From positions 1 through 28,772 of the IMG/VR virus record IMGVR_UViG_3300037423_000848: a stretch of 28,772 nucleotides of DNA; one strand, given 5' to 3'. The DNA is from a virus (Duplodnaviria; Caudoviricetes). Position numbers and translations under genes: made by a program. How positions within the stretch are numbered: the first letter of the stretch is position 1; each line of letters begins with the position of its first letter. Positions 26,312 to 28,772 of this stretch are shown here, in pieces. The notes beneath the pieces are model-generated. The model made no database searches. It was not told where the DNA came from and saw nothing but the letters and a program-made list of their open reading frames with translations.

Positions 26312-26691
26312 CCCTCATGTCCTTCCCCACCCTTGCGTAACTCGCTGCCATTCGCAGGTAGATTCAAAATGACCTGCGGTCCGCCGTCTGGCCCAGAGTG
26401 CTCAAGCTTCTCCTTCTCGGCCTGACCCAAGTGCTGCTTGCCTAGCCAGATAAGCATGGTCCTATCGCCCTTGAGAGCGAGCTGCCATTGCTGTCGCCTG
26501 AGACTGATTTTGCCGGTATCCGCCTTTTGGGCGTAATACTCCGCAAAACCCATCTTGTACTTCCGCTTTACGGCCCGCTCGATGGTGTCGACCGAGCATT
26601 TGAACCAGGAGGCGATCTCGACCTGCGTGCACTGGATTGCGCAAAGCTTGTCGAAATCCTCCCAGTTGATCTCGATCCTGGGCCTAGCCAT
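26308..26691 (-). CDS. terS: Terminase small subunit
   Basis: N-terminal HTH (CTQVEIASWFKCSVDTIER), SLRR.QW..A..GD.TMLIWLGKQ.LGQ, EHSGPDGGP; directly upstream of TerL. Confidence 0.88.
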   Translation of the reverse strand: MARPRIEINWEDFDKLCAIQCTQVEIASWFKCSVDTIERAVKRKYKMGFAEYYAQKADTGKISLRRQQWQLALKGDRTMLIWLGKQHLGQAEKEKLEHSGPDGGPQVILNLPANGSELRKGGEGHEG

Positions 26692-27889
26692 AGGCTAGCT
26701 CAGCCTTCTGGCCCGTATATTTCTCCCATCGGGCCACGATCACGTCGCAATACCTTGGGTCTAGCTCCATCAGGTTTGCCCTACGTTGCGTTTTCTCGGC
26801 TGCAATGAGGGTTGATCCGCTACCGCCGAATAAATCGAGCACAAGGCCAGCCTCGGGGCAGCTGTTGCCTAAAAAATACTCGATAAGCTCCACTGGCTTC
26901 ATTGTGGGGTGCTCAGCGTTCCGGTTTGGCTTGTCAAAGTTGACCACCGTGCACTGCTTTCGGTCGGAAAACCAATTGTGCGCTGCTCCGGGTGCCCAGC
27001 CATAGAGAATAGGCTCGTGCTTCCAGTGGTAATCCTGGCGACCCATGACGAACGTCTGCTTTACCCAAATGAGGCACTGCTTTAAGAGCCAGCCCGCGTC
27101 CTTCATCGCCTTGCGGAAGTTCACGCCCTCGGAATCAGCGTGCGCCACGTAGATCGCGCAGCCCGGCTTCGTGTGCATGATCATGTTGGAGTAGACGTCA
27201 TAGAGAAACTTATAAAACTGCTCATCGTCCATCGAGTCGTTCTCGATCTTAAGCGCGTCCTTCGTCTTCCCCGTGTAGGACACGTTGTATGGCGGATCCG
27301 TCCAAATGATATCGGCCTTCTCCCCGTCCATGAGCTTTTCGACGTCGGATAGCATTGTGGAGTCGCCGCATAGAAGCTTGTGCCTTCCCAGAATGTAGAG
27401 ATCCCCTGCCTTGGTTCGTGGCGGAACAATCTCGGGTACCTCGTCCTCGTCGCACTGAGGATCAAGCTTCTCCACAGGCTCGAGCACGAAGTTCCTAATT
27501 CCCAACAGGTCCAGATCGAAATCCGGGCCTAGCTCACCCAGGTCTGAGTTGATGCCGGCCAGATCGAGCTCAGCCCAGGATGCGATCGCATTGTCGGCCT
27601 GAACGTCCGCGTACTCCTGCTCCTCGGACTCGTAGTCCTGGAAATTGACCGGGACATCGTTCCAACCGTTAAGGCGGGCGGCTTCAATGCGTCCGTGACC
27701 AGAGGTCACAAACCCAGAACGCTTTGAAACTTTTACAGGGTATCTCCAACCCTGATACTTCAGGATCTCTGCTAACCGCTTGATCTGATCATCGGGATGC
27801 TTGTTGCGGTTCTTGGGATGAGCTTTGAGCTCAGCAGTAGGACGCAGCTCGTCGTAGAGACAGCGAATACTCATTTCAGATTGTTGCAT
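26684..27889 (-). CDS. ParB-N domain/N6-adenine (or N4-cytosine) DNA methyltransferase, beta class
   Basis: ParB-like HPKNRNKH...SGHGR..AA...ADN; motif IV TDPPYNV, HPTMKPVEL, motif I VLDLFGGSGST. Start likely ATG 27889 or 27874 rather than TTG 27931. Confidence 0.93.
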   Translation of the reverse strand: MQQSEMSIRCLYDELRPTAELKAHPKNRNKHPDDQIKRLAEILKYQGWRYPVKVSKRSGFVTSGHGRIEAARLNGWNDVPVNFQDYESEEQEYADVQADNAIASWAELDLAGINSDLGELGPDFDLDLLGIRNFVLEPVEKLDPQCDEDEVPEIVPPRTKAGDLYILGRHKLLCGDSTMLSDVEKLMDGEKADIIWTDPPYNVSYTGKTKDALKIENDSMDDEQFYKFLYDVYSNMIMHTKPGCAIYVAHADSEGVNFRKAMKDAGWLLKQCLIWVKQTFVMGRQDYHWKHEPILYGWAPGAAHNWFSDRKQCTVVNFDKPNRNAEHPTMKPVELIEYFLGNSCPEAGLVLDLFGGSGSTLIAAEKTQRRANLMELDPRYCDVIVARWEKYTGQKAELAYG

Positions 27890-27932
27890 TCCCCCAGCGT
27901 AAAATATGCCGGCAGTTTCTGCAAACGACAAT

Positions 27933-27961
27933 TTGTCGTCCGCACAAAAGCCTGTTAGGGT
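27933..27961 (+). promoter_or_regulatory. Sigma70-type promoter for tmRNA
   Basis: TTGTCG (27933-38), 17 bp spacer, TG-n-TAGGGT (27956-61), ending 8 nt before the tmRNA 5' end. Confidence 0.6.
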
Positions 27962-27969
27962 TACCTCTT

Positions 27970-28305
27970 GGGGCCGACAGGTTTCGACGGAAACATGAGC
28001 GATCCTAGCTGCATGCCCCGGTTGATCGAAGGCCGGGTTAAAAATCGATCACTCATAAATGCAAACGATAAAATCGTCAGCATGGATTCCTTCCGCGCTC
28101 GCAAGGGCGTGGCAGCTCTCCAAATGGTAGCTTAACCGCTGCGGGGCCGCCTAAGCCCGTCAAAGGAAGAAAGGCATAAAGTAGGTTGTCAGATCCTTCT
28201 CAAACTGACTGGTGGATACGCGATCTTCGGATCGTCCCTTTAAGCATGTCGAGGCCAGGTTCAATCGGTTTTCGGACGGGAGTTCAATTCTCCCCGGCTC
28301 CACCA
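27970..28305 (+). ncRNA. ssrA: tmRNA (transfer-messenger RNA), one-piece, 336 nt
   Basis: 5' GGGGCCGACAGGTTTCGAC; 3' T-arm GGGAG-TTCAATT-CTCCC then CGGCTCC-ACCA. Acceptor stem GGGGCCG/CGGCTCC with the G3:U alanine determinant and encoded CCA; internal tag ORF. Confidence 0.97.
28061..28135 (+). other. tmRNA proteolysis tag reading frame ANDKIVSMDSFRARKGVAALQMVA*
   Basis: Resume codon GCA after ATAAAT, a canonical AND start, TAA at 28133-28135. Confidence 0.88.
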
Positions 28306-28317
28306 TTTTTTCCGAGA

Positions 28318-28772
28318 CTAGGCTTCTCTTCGATGGCCCTTTGAGTCCGGCCCTTTTTTCGAAATTGCTTTCACGTATCCAAGCGCTGATCGCTGAATGC
28401 CAGCAAGTTTTTCTGTTTTTTTTACAAGGGCATCAAGCGCGCGCAAGGCATCGTGCTTTGACTCCCCTTCGAAAACGAGTTTCCCATCGATTGCCCGCTG
28501 AACTTGCTCAGTGAGCGCGACAACGGAGCTTACGAGCGATCGCATCGATACACCCGCGACCGCAGGCAGTGCAGGATTGGATAGCGTGGCCCGCGCGCCA
28601 TGTTTCTTTGCCGAATCCACCAATCTTCTGAGCTCAGCAATATCGATCTTCTTTGCCGTTGCTAGAAGCGAGTCTTGGTCTGCGTGTGACAGCGATACAA
28701 GAAGATCTACTTTGCTCGAGGAGATCAGGCCGCTACGGTATGCAGCCATCACCCGATCACTTGCCTTTGATG
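28318..28772 (-). CDS. C-terminal part of a probable ParB/Spo0J-like protein, 5'-truncated by the window
   Basis: The frame is open to the window end. SKASDRVMAAYRSGLISSSKVDLLVSLSHADQ resembles the post-HTH helices of ParB proteins. Confidence 0.55.
   Translation of the reverse strand, partial: SKASDRVMAAYRSGLISSSKVDLLVSLSHADQDSLLATAKKIDIAELRRLVDSAKKHGARATLSNPALPAVAGVSMRSLVSSVVALTEQVQRAIDGKLVFEGESKHDALRALDALVKKTEKLAGIQRSALGYVKAISKKGPDSKGHRREA

Noticed and set aside
588-27352. Numerous plus-strand ORFs in the track (e.g. 16024..16644, 18319..18849, 19709..20320)
   Set aside because: They are antisense shadows of well-supported minus-strand structural genes, with no motifs or SDs noticed.
27890-27931. 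TTG start of the methyltransferase at 27931
   Set aside because: It falls within the promoter palindrome; ATG 27889 or 27874 is more plausible.
28262-28305. tRNA gene or prophage att site at the T-arm/CCA
   Set aside because: This is the 3' end of the tmRNA. No duplicated fragment or integrase is in the window, and the phage genes lie on the 5' side.
28212-28514. 100-aa plus-strand ORF
   Set aside because: It overlaps the tmRNA 3' domain and is antisense to the ParB-like ORF; there is no coding evidence.
1-28772. CRISPR array, introns, inteins, IS elements
   Set aside because: No regularly spaced repeats were noticed, core genes are uninterrupted and of normal length, and there are no transposase motifs.

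Overview
The window is the virion-morphogenesis (late) region of a contractile-tailed dsDNA phage or prophage, almost all on the minus strand. Reading right to left: ParB-N/DNA methyltransferase, TerS, TerL, portal, five inserted accessory ORFs, gp7/gpF-like head protein, prohead protease/scaffold, capsid decoration protein, major capsid protein, neck, sheath, tube, tail chaperone with a -1 frameshift, a short tape measure, baseplate, three fibre genes and small membrane/lipoprotein (lysis-like) genes. A complete tmRNA gene (27970-28305, +) is transcribed divergently from the late operon. The main oddities are: (1) two tail-fibre-like genes carry Sec signal peptides and locally paired cysteines, suggesting fibres exported and disulfide-folded in the periplasm, with a candidate docking peptide on a baseplate wedge protein; (2) the tmRNA encodes a long 24-aa tag containing a segment resembling the ClpX-binding tail of an SspB adaptor; (3) a SEC-C zinc-motif gene is overprinted on a Fis-type HTH gene; (4) Ig/FN3/CBM-like modules are grafted onto several core structural proteins. 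Family assignments come from motif recognition and synteny only; no searches were run.
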